Below are positions 40,401 to 54,737 of a stretch of DNA of 64,000 nucleotides, in pieces; positions within the stretch are counted from its first letter, which is position 1; each line of letters begins with the position of its first letter. This stretch comes from Eledone cirrhosa (Eukaryota). Where the stretch lies: NCBI GenBank assembly GCA_964016885.1, contig CAXHJY010000449.1:62001-126000 (forward strand), in the 5' to 3' direction. The notes beneath the pieces were generated by a model. The model was not told the origin of the DNA and did no database searches. It saw only the letters and a list, made by a program, of their open reading frames with translations. The position numbers and the translations under genes are program-made.

Positions 40401-40547
40401 ATTCCTTTCAACTAAACTGTATCCATTCAAATCTTTCTATTTTTCTCCGGATTACTTTTGGAACTACAACTGGAACCGTCGAGCAAACTCTACGTGAGCT
40501 GATAATCTACTGTGTGTAATATTTATATTACAACACAACGGAAAATA

Positions 40548-40619
<72 letters not shown>

Positions 40620-40627
<8 letters not shown>

Positions 40628-41095
40628 CTTTATTTGCCACAAGGGCGCACAAGAAAAGGGGACAATACAAAGACACATGCCGGGAATTTTACATAGTCGT
40701 GTAAAAAGTATAAAATAAACAATTATAACAATCGAAATCCCCAATAGGGGGGAGGCGCCACAAATGGGTTGTTTAATACCCCGTCGATAGAACAACCCTC
40801 AACTTCACGAGTGTGTTGTGCAAGTGCTCCTTTCTTCCTTTAACCTACAGGTTTATATACAGAGACGGCCCAATCACTCAGGTCATTTTTGCCACATTCA
40901 CCCACCTTTCAGTAAATTTACTGGGGTGCAGTGCCTCTCTCTCCATTCTGATTCTCCTTCTAAAGTGGTATCTAAAGAAGGGAATGAGTTGTTGTCCGGA
41001 GAGAAAGGCATCAGTCCTCAGTCCTCTCAATCTCGTCCACCATATAACCTCTTTCACCATAGCCACTATACACAGGAAAACCGCCTCTTTCGTTT
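40620..41095 (-). mobile_element. 3' fragment of a non-LTR retrotransposon, possibly L1/Tx1 clade, ending at (TC)n
   Basis: Minus-strand peptide AMVKEVIWWTRLRG..FFRYHFRRRIRMERE..FTERW resembles Tx1 ORF2 C-termini. It is followed by a 3' UTR, AATAAA and then (TC)n. Confidence 0.5.
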
Positions 41096-41872
41096 TTGAA
41101 AGAGGCTGGCGATTTGATCCTTACTATGGACTCGGCAATAGAGAGATAGATAGATATAGGTGAACTGGCACGTTCTGTTGTATTTTTCCCCTCCATCTGA
41201 ACCAAAATCCACCGAGGTGGGTTAACTCTGCTTCTCATCCGCTCAGGGATCGATGCAATAAAGTACCAGTAACGCACTGAAGTCGATTCGATTGACTTTC
41301 GCGGTTCCTTTCAAATTGCTGGCTTTGTGCCAATACAAGAACAAGCATTGTCCCTAACCTGTCGAGATCGACAAAATAAAGTATCAATAATACACTGGGT
41401 CGATTTAATCGATATTCCTTTCTCCCCAAAATGGTTGGCCTTGTGCCTAAATCAGAAACCATTATTAGTAGAGGGTCGGACGTCATGATTTGCAGCATAG
41501 AGTTATGGCCCTTTTTGGTCTGAGTTCAAATTCTGCCGAGGTTAACTTTGCCTTTCATCTTTACGAGGTCGATAAAATAAAGTACCAGTAATGTACTGGG
41601 GTAATTGCTGACCTTGTGCCAAAAGTAGAAACAATTGTTATTATCATTATTTGGTTTTTGATTAGGGCGGTGGATTGGCAGTATTGGTTAGAGGGTCGGA
41701 CGCCATGCTTTGCAGCATAGAGTTACGGCCCTTTACGATCTGAGTTCAGATCGCGCCGAGGTTAACTTTGCCTTTCATTCTTACGGGGTCGATAAAATAA
41801 AGTACCAGTCACGCACTGGGGTCCTGCCCCCCAAAAATTGCTGGCCTTGTGCCTATATAAGAAACCATTATT
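41095..41872. mobile_element. Cluster of tRNA-derived SINE copies (mostly + strand, some degenerate)
   Basis: Family body repeated 4-5 times, with the best copies at ~41466-41640 and 41664-41870. Confidence 0.8.
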
Positions 41873-42054
41873 TTGTCTTTGATTATCGTAAAATATGGTG
41901 AAGCACGTGACTTTAAATATATTTTCCGGTTTTTCGGCCTTCTCTCCCCAGCACTGTGGTGCTGCAATTATAAGCTGAGTCTGTAGACAGACAATAGCCA
42001 AATGGAATAATCTCTGTTGAAACGGTATTAGAGAGAGCGGGGGGGGGGGTGATA

Positions 42055-43330
42055 TAGAGCGAGAGAGAGTGTGAGAGAGAGTGAGAGAGAGTGTGAGAGA
42101 GTGTGAGAGTGAGAGAGAGTGAGAGAGAGTGTGAGAGAGTGTGAGAGAGTGTGAGAGAGTGAGAGTGAGAGTGAGTGAGATAGAGCGAGAGAGAGTGTGA
42201 GAGAGTGAGAGAGAGAGAGTGTGAGAGAGTGTGAGAGAGTGTGAGAGAGTGAGAGTGAGTGAGATAGACCGAGAGAGAGTGTGAGAGAGTGAGAGAGAGT
42301 GTGAGAGAGAGAGAGAGTGTGAGAGAGAGAGAGTGTGAGAAAGAGAGAGAGAGAAGGGATAGAGAGAGAGAGAACCGTTCAAGCATTAGTGAGAGAGAAA
42401 GAAAGGCAGAGAGAGAGAAAGAGAGAACCGTTCAAGCATTAGTGAGGAGGGTTGTAGAGACTGAATTGTTCTTGCTGTTGTCTTATTTGCCTTTGTTCTC
42501 CTCTCTCTTTCTTTCTCCTCTCCTTGTCACTCCTTCTCTCCACTCTGTCTCTCCCTTTCTTTCTCTCTCTCCTTCTCTCCACTCTGTCTCTCTCTCTCCA
42601 CTGCCTCTCCCTTTCTTTCTCTCTCTCCACTGTCTCTCCCTTTCTTTCTCTCTCTCCACTCTGTCTCTCCCTTTCTTTCTCTCTCTCCTTCTCTCCACTC
42701 TGTCTCTCTCTCTCCACTGCCTCTCCCTTTCTTTCTCTCTCTCCACTGTCTCTCCCTTTCTTTCTCTCTCTCCACTCTGTCTCTCCCTTTATTTCTCTCT
42801 CTCCAATCTGTCTCTCTCTCCACTCTCTCTCTCTCCACTCTGTCTCTCCCTTTCTTTCTCTCTCTCCCTTTCTGTCTCTCTCTCCAATCTGTCTCTCTCT
42901 CCACTCTCTCTCTCTCTCTCTCCACTCTGTCTCTCCCTTTCTTTCTCTCTCTCCACTGTCTCTCCCTTTCTTTCTCTCTCTCCACTCTGTCTCTCCCTTT
43001 CTTTCTCTCTCTCCACTCTGTCCCTCCCTTTCTTTCTCTCTCTCCCTTTCTGTCTCTCTCTCTCCAATCTGTCTCTCTCTCCACTCTCTCTCTCTCTCCA
43101 CTCTGTCTCTCCCTTTCTGTCTCTCTCTCCACTCTGTCTCTCTCTCCACTCTGTCTCTCCCTTTCTCTCTCTCCACTCTTTCTCTCTCTCCACTCTGTCT
43201 CTCTCTCCACTCTGTCTCTCCCTTTCTCTCTCTCCACTCTTTCTCTCTCTCCACTCTGTCTCTCTCTCCACTCTTTCTCTCTCTCCACTCTGTCTCTCTC
43301 TCCACTCTGTCTCTCTCTCCTTCTCTCCAT
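42055..43330. repeat. (GA/GAGT)n and CT-rich satellite (CTCTCCACTCTGTCTCTCCCTTT..)
   Basis: Visible low-complexity arrays. Confidence 0.9.
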
Positions 43331-43393
43331 TAGATATTTAATCCTGTAAATCGCCATAAATAAATTAGTATTCATTTAATCTAAAAATCGGTT

Positions 43394-43439
<46 letters not shown>

Positions 43440-43531
43440 CGTATATATGATTGTGCGTCTATGTGTGTGTGTGTGTGTGTAGATACATATATATATACGT
43501 ATATGTAATTGTGTGTCTATATGTATTTGTT

Positions 43532-43562
<31 letters not shown>

Positions 43563-43764
43563 AGATATGTATGTCTATAAATATGTGTGTGTAGATATGC
43601 ATATATATAAGTATATACAGCTGGACACATCTATATATACAAACATACATATATATACATACACAATGCTATCTACCACACCCCCTCATATATACATGTA
43701 TATAATATATATACGTATATGTATGTATATATACGTGTGTGTGTGTGCATATGTATATATGTAC

Positions 43765-43811
<47 letters not shown>

Positions 43812-43980
43812 CACACGTATGTGTATGTATGATAAAACCAAAAGGTAGTTGTAAATAGATAACCAATCAGACTGTGTATAAGTATCGATTTTAGAAAATA
43901 TCCATAAATGAACATCAATCATTGAATAATAGTCTGTAGAAATATGTTCTCACAATACCAATAGTGTGTGTGTATGTGTG

Positions 43981-44011
<31 letters not shown>

Positions 44012-44254
44012 ATGTGTGTATATATATATATATGTGTGTGTACATTTGTGTTTATGTCTCGTTCTCATTTTCTCTACGTGTATAAATTTATATATATATA
44101 ATATATGTATATATGTGTGTTTTTGTTTGTCTCTGTATGTGTGTATATATGTGTGTGTATGTCTCTCTGTATGTGTGTATGTGTGATTTTGTCTCCTGTA
44201 TGTGCATATATATATGCATATGTGTGTGTGTATATATGTATGTGTCTATGTTTA

Positions 44255-45480
44255 TGTCTCTCTATCTATCTCTCTATATATGTATCTATCCATCTATTTC
44301 GCTATCCCTCTCTCTCACACTATCTTTCTATGCATCTCTCTATCTTTATCTATCTATATCTATCTCTCTACCTCTATCTCTCTATATCTCTCTACCTCTC
44401 TACCTCTATCTCTCTATATCTATCTACCTCTCTACCTCTATCTCTCTATATCTATCTACCTCTCAACATCTATTTCTCTATATCTATCTCTCTACCTCTA
44501 TCTCTCTATATTTATCTACCTCTCTACCTCTTAGTCTCTATATCTATCTACCTCTCTACCTCTATCTCTCTATATCTCCATCTCTACCTCTATCTCTCTA
44601 TATCGATCTCTCTAGCTCTATCTCTCTATATCTACCTCTCAACCTCTCTGCCTCTACCTCTCTACCTCTATCTCTCTATATCTATCTCTCTACCTCTATC
44701 TCTCTATATCTACCTCTATCTCTCTATATCGATCTCTCTACCTCTATCTCTCTATATCTATCTCTCTACCTCTATCTCTCTATATCTATCTCTCTACCTC
44801 TATCTCTCTATATCTACCTCTCTACCTCTATCTCTCTACATCTATCTCTCTATATCTATCTATCTACCTCTATCTCTCTATATCTACCTCTCTACCTCTA
44901 TCTCTCTACCTCTATCTCTCTATATCTATCTATCTACCTCTATCTCTCTATATCGATCTCTCTACCTCTATCTCTCTATATCTACCTCTCTACCTCTATC
45001 TCTCTATATCTATCTATCTCTCTACCTCTATCTCTCTATATCTATCTACCTCTCTACCTCTATCTCTCTACATCTATCTCTCTACATTTATCTCTCTACA
45101 TCTATCTCTCTACATCTATCTCTCTACCTCTATCTCTCTACCTCTATCTCTCTATATCTATCTCTCTATATCTAAGTCTCTACCTCTATCTCTCTACCTC
45201 TATCTCTCTCTCTCTACCTCTATCTCTCTATATCTATCTCTCTACCTCTATCTCTCTATATCTCCATCTCTACCTCTATCTCTCTATATCTATCTACCTC
45301 TCTACCTCTATCTCTCTATATCTATCTATCTCTCTACCTCTATCTCTCTATATCTATCTCTCTACCTCTATCTCTCTATATCTATCTATCTACCTCTATC
45401 TCTCTACCTCTATCTCTCTCTCTCTACCTCTATCTCTCTATATCTACCTCTATCTCTCTATATCGATCTATCTACATATG
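44255..45480. repeat. CT-rich satellite (CTCTATCTCTCTATATCTATCTCTCTAC)n
   Basis: Visible repeated units. Confidence 0.9.
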
Positions 45481-46744
45481 TTTACCTATATCTCTGCCAA
45501 ACTATCCCATTATTGCTTTCTATTTCTACTTCCTCCTCATCTCATTTACTTCCTCCTCCTTTAATATATCTTCTATTTTCCCACATCTCTCCTCTATCCC
45601 TCTCTATCCTCCCATATCTCTCCTCTCCCCCACATCTCTCCTCTCCCTCTCTCCCCCACATATCTCTCCCCCTCTCTATCCTCCATATCCCTTCCTCTTT
45701 CCCTCCCTCCCCAAATCTCCCTCTCTATCTTCTCATAATCCGCCCCTTTCCTCTTTCTACCAATATATCTCCTCTCTCCCCCACATCTCTCCCCTTTCTC
45801 TATCTTCCCATATATCTACCCCCTCCTCCTCTCCCTCTCTCTACCCATATATCTAACCCCCCCTCCTCTCTCTCCCCCTCTATCCACCAAACAGAAATAC
45901 ATCTGTTAAAATGTTCATTTTTAATTATTTCATTATTATTAATTAAATTGAAACAGATTTATGGGCGGTGAGTGACAGAGATAGAGAGAGAGTGTGTGTG
46001 TGTGAGTGAGAGAGGGGGTGTGTGTGTGAGTGAGAGAGGGGGTGTGAGTGTGAGTGAGAGAGGGTGTGTGAGTGTGAGTGAGAGAGGGTGTGTGAGTGTG
46101 AGTGAGAGAGGGTGTGTGAGAATGAGAGAGTGCGTGAGAGTGAGAGAGCGTGTGTGAGTGAGAGAGTGAGTGAGTGAGATAGAGAGAGTGTGAGCGAGAG
46201 ACTGGATGTGTGTGTGTAATATTGGTTTGGCGGCGGCAGCGGCGGCAGGGAGGGGAGTGGAGGATTGTGAATATGTTGTATTGTTCCTGGAGAAACAAAG
46301 AAAGAAAGAAAAAAAGATAGAAAGAAAGATAGAAAGAAAGAAAGAAGAAAGAAAATGGGTGGGAAAGAAGAAAAAAAATCAAAAGCAAAAAAACAAAAAA
46401 ACATCAATATTTTACAAAAGATCGATTATTGAACTGTGCAGCAAGAGTGTAGAGTACTTCTATAGAATGAGTCCAATTGTGTGTAATTCATGTCCGATAC
46501 GCTTGTGTTCTTGTTTCGATATAGACGTTCGATTTATCCCGATATACGCTGATGACTGCCAGAAACACGATTTCTCTTCGCTCCAATAATCGCAATATAA
46601 ACCTCACTGGGTTTTCGGCTACGTGGGTGGATGAGAGAGGGGGGGGGGGGGGGGGTTTGCATTTTTTTTTTTACTTAGTTGTAGCGGAAGGGACAGCGCC
46701 CATAGCCTTCAACACATCCAATAAATCGCTACAGATATATTGAA

Positions 46745-47160
46745 ATTCACTACAAGTCTATTTAAATCGCTACAAGTCTATTTAAATCGTTACAAGTCTA
46801 TTTAAATCGCTACAAGTCTATTTAAATCGCTACAAGTCTATTTAAATCGCTACAGGTCTATTTAAATCGCTACAAGTCTATTTAAATCGCTACAAGTCTA
46901 TTTAAATCGCTACAAGTCTATTTAAATCGCTACAAGTCTATTTAAATTCGCTACAAGTCTATTTAAATTCGCTACAAGTCTATTTAAATCGCTACAAGTC
47001 TATTTAAATTCGCTACAGGTCTATTTAAATTTGTTACAGGTCTATTTAAATTTGTTACAGGTCTATTTAAATTCGCTACAGGTCTATTTAAATTATCTAC
47101 AGATCTATTTAAATTCGCTTCAGATCTATTTAAATTCGCTTCAGATCTATTTAAATCTCT
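46745..47160. repeat. 20/21-bp minisatellite (TTTAAATCGCTACAAGTCTA)
   Basis: About 20 units, diverging toward the 3' end. Confidence 0.92.
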
Positions 47161-47522
47161 GCTAGAGGTACGGTTTTAATTCCAGCTGAAACACATCATA
47201 CGAGGGTCCGCTGGCTGAGGTGCTCATAGGCTGACCAAGATAATCTCATGGAATGACCAAATGAGATTTATTTATCATAACCCCATGATCAGTCTATGAT
47301 AGTGGCTTTATATGGAAAAGGGGAAAGAAAGTTTGACGCGTCGGGCTTTAGCCCTTCTTCGGGAGTACAAAAATAGAGACAGGATCACAAAGAGTAGATA
47401 CAGAAAATAAAAGGTTGTCCAAGTAGTAAACAAGACAAACCGTTGGGTAGTCTTGGTAACGAGGAACCAGTGAGCAATACAAGAAAGGTGACAATAAGTT
47501 AAAGGTAGGTAGGTAGGTAGGT

Positions 47523-47609
<87 letters not shown>

Positions 47610-47777
47610 TACACATACATGTACATATATATGCACAAACATACATACATAAACATATACATACACATATATACATACATACATATTTACACATATACAT
47701 ACATATATGTGTATACATATTTACACATACATACATATATACATTTATACAGAAATATATATGCATATACAGATATA

Positions 47778-47891
<114 letters not shown>

Positions 47892-47896
47892 TATAC

Positions 47897-48073
<177 letters not shown>

Positions 48074-48403
48074 GCATATATATAAAATGGTGGAGAGAAC
48101 AACAATGATTTATGAATACATATATTTTTAATGGCTGACAATTTGTTTCAAACACGAAACCATCAATATACACACTAACCGTCTCTCTGCTGGCTTGTAA
48201 TCTCCGGAACTAATAGAACTATTCCTCCTTTTTGATTGGTTTGCTTCCTTTTTATTTGATATATATACGTGTGTGTATGTGTGTGTGTATATAAATATTT
48301 ATATATATATATATGTATGTATGTGTGTGTGTATATAAATATTTATATATATATATGTATGTATGTGTGTGTGTATATAAATATTTATATATATATATGT
48401 ATG

Positions 48404-48561
<158 letters not shown>

Positions 48562-48605
48562 GAATAATAACAGGTAGACATCATAAAAAGGTAATTTATT
48601 CCGTG

Positions 48606-48717
48606 TGCTTACAAATGCTTCCACGGTGGTTATACAGCCTAGTTATGCTATGTGCAAATTTACAACTATTTGCAAAACTCAATTATCAAATGCTGTGACC
48701 ACTGTATCCTCAGAGCA
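48606..48717 (-). ncRNA. Hammerhead motif, probably impaired copy
   Basis: Mirror of 49209-49320 but with CTGAGGA and GAAG instead of GAAA. Confidence 0.5.
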
Positions 48718-49208
48718 GAATGGTTAAAATGTACAATGTAAATACCCTTAAGTGAGGTTATTGGGGAAGATAGAGTAGAAAAGGAAGAGAGAAAAGAAGG
48801 GGAGAGAGAGAGAAAGATATGCAGGGGTTGAAGAATTAGGAGAGAGTGGTTTTTAGATATCTTAATCAAAATGTTATGGGAGGGGTTTTATTATACTGGT
48901 TACTCTTAAAGCGACCACCTTAAGCGATGCGTTGATAGTCAAGGTTGGAATTATTAATTATTGGAATAATTCCAACCTTGACTATCAACGCATCGCTTAA
49001 GGTGGTCGCTTTAAGAGTAACCAGTATAATAAAACCCCTCCCATAACATTTTGATTAAGATATCTAAAAACCACTCTCTCCTAATTCTTCAACCCCTGCA
49101 TATCTTTCTCTCTCTCTCCCTCTCCCCTTCTTTTCTCTCTTCCTTTTCTACTCTATCTTCCCCAATAACCTCACTTAAGAGTATTTACATTGTACATTTT
49201 AACCATTT

Positions 49209-49320
49209 TGCTCTGATGATACAGTGGTCACAGCATTTGATAATTGAGTTTTGCAAATAGTTGTAAATTTGCACATAGCATAACTAGCCTGTATAACCAC
49301 CGTGGAAACATTTGTAAGCA
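49209..49320 (+). ncRNA. Type I hammerhead ribozyme motif with long helix-II insert
   Basis: TGCT-CTGATGA-TACAGTGGT-[67 nt]-ACCACCGTG-GAAA-CATTTG-TA-AGCA, with a GUA site. Confidence 0.7.
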
Positions 49321-49515
49321 CACGGAATAAATTACCTTTTTATGATGTCTACCTGTTATTATTCATTCTTTATCTACACTCCGGAATACAGAATCATCAG
49401 GAACTAAATTTCTTCAACAATTCTTCCATAACTCGTTGAGTAACCTCTCACCGTACGTCAACCCTATCCAGTGTAGTAATTAACCATTACTGCATCTAGG
49501 ATAATCCTATACCTA

Positions 49516-49580
<65 letters not shown>

Positions 49581-49597
49581 TTATGTAGAAGTTATAT

Positions 49598-50230
49598 TTA
49601 AATTGTTGGGATACACCAAGCAAATATTTTTATAACTGATATGAAGCACTCAACAAATTATTGGATAAAAATACGATATAGTAACAAATGGAAACTATAT
49701 TTATAAAACCATATTTATTTCATTATACATATTTCAGGGATACCAAGTCAAATTATGGTGCGCTTTCATCAGATAAAATATAATATAGATCAGTTTTATA
49801 AATAAATATTGACATACCCTTAAAGAATGCGACCATTTCTGTTGGAAGCTCCCGGATAGTGGGGTTATTAAATTTATTTAGTCTATTATGCAAATTAGTT
49901 TCGGATATGTTTAAATCACAGTAGATTTAAAATAGGCCGTTGGAGTATGGAAAAAGAAAAAAGGAAAAGAGAAAGAAAAAGAGAAAAGAAAGAGCAAACT
50001 CTAAGAGGAAAAGAAGAAAACAAAAGAAAGAGAAAGAGAAAAAAGAAAGAGAAAGAGAAAGCCCTAAGTGATAGGTTGTTGTATTAACGTAAATTTTAAG
50101 ATGAAGCGAAAAAATAAATATTTATTGTATGAGTTAGGCAGAGTAAATAAGCGTGAATAAAAAAAAAATAATAATAACCGGAGAATTTTATCTAATGTTT
50201 AAATTTGATTAAATGTTTAGTTTATCAATT
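49598..50230 (-). mobile_element. Longer single-orientation copy of the 36864 element, with a hammerhead motif at 49722-49777
   Basis: About 260 bp are near-identical to 36785-37050. Its distal part (50000-50097) recurs inverted at 51503-51590. Confidence 0.7.
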
Positions 50231-50351
50231 AAATTATCAATTAAATTATTGAGATCTATACATTAAAAATTGAGATCTATATATTATTAAAATCTATATA
50301 TTATTAAAAACTATATATTATTAAAAAGAATATATTCATATATATATACAT

Positions 50352-50422
<71 letters not shown>

Positions 50423-50767
50423 TAAGTAAGACCCCGACGGCTGAGCTCAAGCCGTTTCGACGGCTAATTCTGTACCCTAAGTATTGAGTACTTTGGTGCG
50501 TTATGGTCCACCTGGTTCCTTACCGCTTTTCCTTCGCTATATATATATATATATACATACATATATATAAAAGATTTTTTATGTTTAAGATATATGAATT
50601 TTTCTAAACTTATGGAAATTCGTAGATTTTTCGGAGAAATCGGAGAAAAATCGTTTCTATGAAATAGCAATACAGTGTGAAGGAAATTAAGTTATTTACT
50701 TATATTAAATGTTATAAATGTTAAAATGATAAAAGAAAGTTAAGATTATAAAAACCTTATATTATTT

Positions 50768-50870
50768 TCCGAGGTTGACTTTGCCTTTCATCCTTACGGG
50801 GTCGATAAAATAAAGTACCAGTAATGCACTGGGTAATTGCTGGCCTTGTGCCTAAAGTAGAAACAATTAT
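50768..50870 (+). mobile_element. 5'-truncated tRNA-derived SINE
   Basis: Family body and tail only. Confidence 0.8.
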
Positions 50871-51178
50871 TTAATAGTAAGTTATAATTTTATAAATTTT
50901 AGATATCTCATAAATCCACCTGTTATATAGTTGTGACTGTTATAATATAAGTTTGTTTAGCATAAACCGTAAGAAACCTTTTATAACAGAATGTATTCGA
51001 ATTGTATATATACATATATAGAGACATAGACACATGTACCCATACATATATATACACAGAGATACACAACCCATATATAGATACATACACATATATATGC
51101 ACATATAGGTAGACATACATCATATATATATATAGAGAGAGAGATAAATATAAAGTACATAATATAAAATAAAAAATG

Positions 51179-51502
51179 AGTTATAATTTTAAAAGGATTA
51201 TAATTTTAAGAGGAATTACAATTTGGAAATATATTCATATAATTTTAAGCAATATAACTTTAAAACAATATAATTAAAAAAAAAATAGTTAAGCATACTG
51301 AGAGTTAAATATTATATTAAAAAAATTAAAATTCATTTTTATACTGAATTTTTTATATATATTCTTGTATATTTTTTTAAATTATATCTTAAAATATTTT
51401 TTTAAATTATATTGTTTTAAAGTTATATTGCTTAAAATTATATGAATATATTTCCAAATTGTAATTCCTCTTAAAATTATAATCCTTTTAAAATTATAAC
51501 TT
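51179..51502. repeat. AT-rich inverted repeat (~110-bp arms)
   Basis: 51179-51288 versus 51395-51502 are reverse-complementary. Confidence 0.8.
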
Positions 51503-51735
51503 AATTTACGTTAATACAACAACTTTCTCTTTCTATTTCTCTTTCTTTTTTCTCTTTCTCTTTCTTTTGTTTTCTTCTTTTCCTCTTAGTTTCCTCTTAG
51601 GTGTAGAGGTACCGCTGTGGTACCTCTACACCTCGATACAGATGTGGACCTAAACATCGAGTGCTCACCTGAGTGAACTTACAGTAACTCCGCGCTACAC
51701 TTCCTATATATATACATATATATATATGTGTGTGT

Positions 51736-51777
<42 letters not shown>

Positions 51778-51858
51778 GGTAAGCAGAAATAACAACACAA
51801 TCGGTACAGTATATGGAAGGAATATATTAGGTTAACGCTTGATATAGCAGGAAGAGGG

Positions 51859-51894
51859 TCTTAACGTTTCGGACGCTAGTCCTTCATCAGAAGA
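51859..51894 (-). ncRNA. Ultra-minimal type I hammerhead motif
   Basis: Minus strand TCTT-CTGATGA-A-GGAC-tagc-GTCC-GAAACGTT-AAGA. Helix III is reduced to the palindrome AACGTT. Confidence 0.65.
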
Positions 51895-52016
51895 AAGAAC
51901 AAGAAATTAGATAGATTGAAGGGACGGGCCGGTTGGAATTAGAAAAATGTCTTTAGATAAAAATAACAGGTCCATTCATGCTGCCATCTTTTGGATATGT
52001 ATGTATGTATATGTAC

Positions 52017-52048
<32 letters not shown>

Positions 52049-52518
52049 GTACACATATATACATGTGTGCATGTAAAACAGTGGCTTGTCACGGTTGGAA
52101 CGCCTTTATTAATCTGTTCAATAATCAAGGTTGATTTTTACGTTAAACAACAATAACCGCCTTTCCTCTTCCTCTAGTAAAACCGGCCGCCAAAATCATC
52201 ATGTGCCCCTTATCTCCCCAACCTTCACCATTACAACTATTTATTCTATATAAAGAATACAGCCGCCATCTTGTTACCTTAATTTAAGCTGAAAAATTAA
52301 TTAATAATGTATAATCGATATGCTTTATTAATTGAATAAATTATTTTTATCGAGAAAATAGAAATTGATAATTTCGTCTGTAAATGTGTTCCATAGATTT
52401 TCCAGCAGCTGATTCAAATATCAAAACAGCTCTGCTCGGAAATGTTAGTGTGTCTCTATGTCATTGGGTCCCTAGACACTCTCTATATTCTATTTGAGAA
52501 AATATGTGTGTACGTGTG

Positions 52519-52556
<38 letters not shown>

Positions 52557-53729
52557 GCACCCGCATACATACACATATATACACATATGCACACACATAC
52601 ATACACATATATACATACATATATATATACACATATATACATATACATAGATACACATATATACGTACATATACACATATATATATATACATATATATAG
52701 TATATACATATTCATATATATTGAATAAATTTATACGATTCGAAATTTCAAAGTGGAATATTTTACTTCTTTATAACTTGAGGATAAACAATGTTTTTAG
52801 TAGAAGACGTTTTTTTTTTTAATTTCGACGCCGCTGGCTGGCTGGCGCATGCACACACACACACACACACGCGCGTTTCGAAAGCGTGATCGAATTTCTC
52901 AAAAGTAATTCGTTGATAGATTTTTGGCGAATATGATGTTTGAAACGAAGAAATGTATGATGGTTAGTTTGAACACATCTACGAGTGATTAAGTGTTAAC
53001 GTGATGACTTGCTTGTTGTTTGGTTGAAATGAAAGTAATTTGAGTAAACTGGATTAAACCCCTGAACGTGTGGTAAGCACGTTTTAAGTGCTCGGCAAAA
53101 TCTCTTATGATACCCACTCAATTTTGATATTAACGAGATATGAACAGAGAAAAATAAAAGTATCTGTTGAAGACAAAGAGATATTTATTCGTCAACCTGA
53201 GATATAAAACGTCGTTCAAATCTCTGTGTTAACAGAGAAATATAAGTTGAATCAGCAATATAATGAATAAAGGTGTTTGTGTTACACAAATATAGTTTAT
53301 AACGAGTGGGAGATGTTACGATCTGAAATGTTGGGCAGAATGTGTTGTGTGAATTATGATATGTATAGAAAACCCTAAACGTTTAAAAATGATAGACAAG
53401 TTAAAGATGTATGTTACAAAAATGTGAGAGAGTAAGAGAAAACTGTGATAAAAGAATAAAACCGTCTGTCTGGTTGGCTAGACAACCAAATGTGTGGTGT
53501 AAATTCAGCATCGGAAATAAAAATTATATTATCTATGAAAATACGTCGTAGTTTCATACAATCACAAAAGTCACTAAAGCATAAAGTCACTACAGAATAT
53601 TAACAGAGACTGTTTACGTAGAAATTTCGCCACTGTCGGCGAAACGTTGCTGCAAACAGGTGCAGATATATTGCTTCTGTTGTTGTGATGCTAAATATTG
53701 CACAGAGAAAATAAAATACAGAGTTTTAT

Positions 53730-54140
<411 letters not shown>

Positions 54141-54148
54141 ATACATAA

Positions 54149-54213
<65 letters not shown>

Positions 54214-54218
54214 ATATA

Positions 54219-54284
<66 letters not shown>

Positions 54285-54570
54285 GTATGAATCATGAAGT
54301 TGTAGCTGCCATATAGCAGGTACTATTCAAGTTGGTTGAGACAATAAAGCATCCGATAGAGCGGTTATGTATGTATGAATAGTACATAGTAATGTTTTCG
54401 AATGCAGAAACATAATTGTAGGTGAAGTTATATAGCTCCAAAATACGAGATTAACATTAAAATCTTATTAGAACTCACCAGAATTACATAAGATATAGCT
54501 ATCTTAAACAAAATTACCCTGGTATGTTATATTTTTGTATGTAATATGTTGAAGATAGCTATATATTACG

Positions 54571-54630
54571 TAATTCTGATGAGTCCTCAGATTAATCTTT
54601 TAACATTAAGGATGAAACGCACGTAAATTA
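54571..54630 (+). ncRNA. Type I hammerhead ribozyme motif
   Basis: TAATT-CTGATGA-GTCCT-[21 nt]-AGGAT-GAAA-CGCACG-TA-AATTA. An inverted partial copy lies at ~54445-54510. Confidence 0.72.
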
Positions 54631-54667
54631 AAATCTGATCTAGTTAGCAGTGTTTGGCTAATTTTTC

Positions 54668-54700
<33 letters not shown>

Positions 54701-54737
54701 ATACGCGGAAGTTTGTTTATAAAACGGCGGGCGAAGT

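Larger units (their letters stand above)
39287..40440. mobile_element. Large foldback element: 484-bp inverted arms, 186-bp spacer, one hammerhead per arm
   Basis: 39287-39770 is the reverse complement of 39957-40440, with no indel or mismatch that I could see by eye. Confidence 0.85.

Noticed and set aside
46400-46745. Cys-containing ORF tail as an exon of another gene
   Set aside because: It has no recognisable domain, no convincing splice sites and no partner exons.
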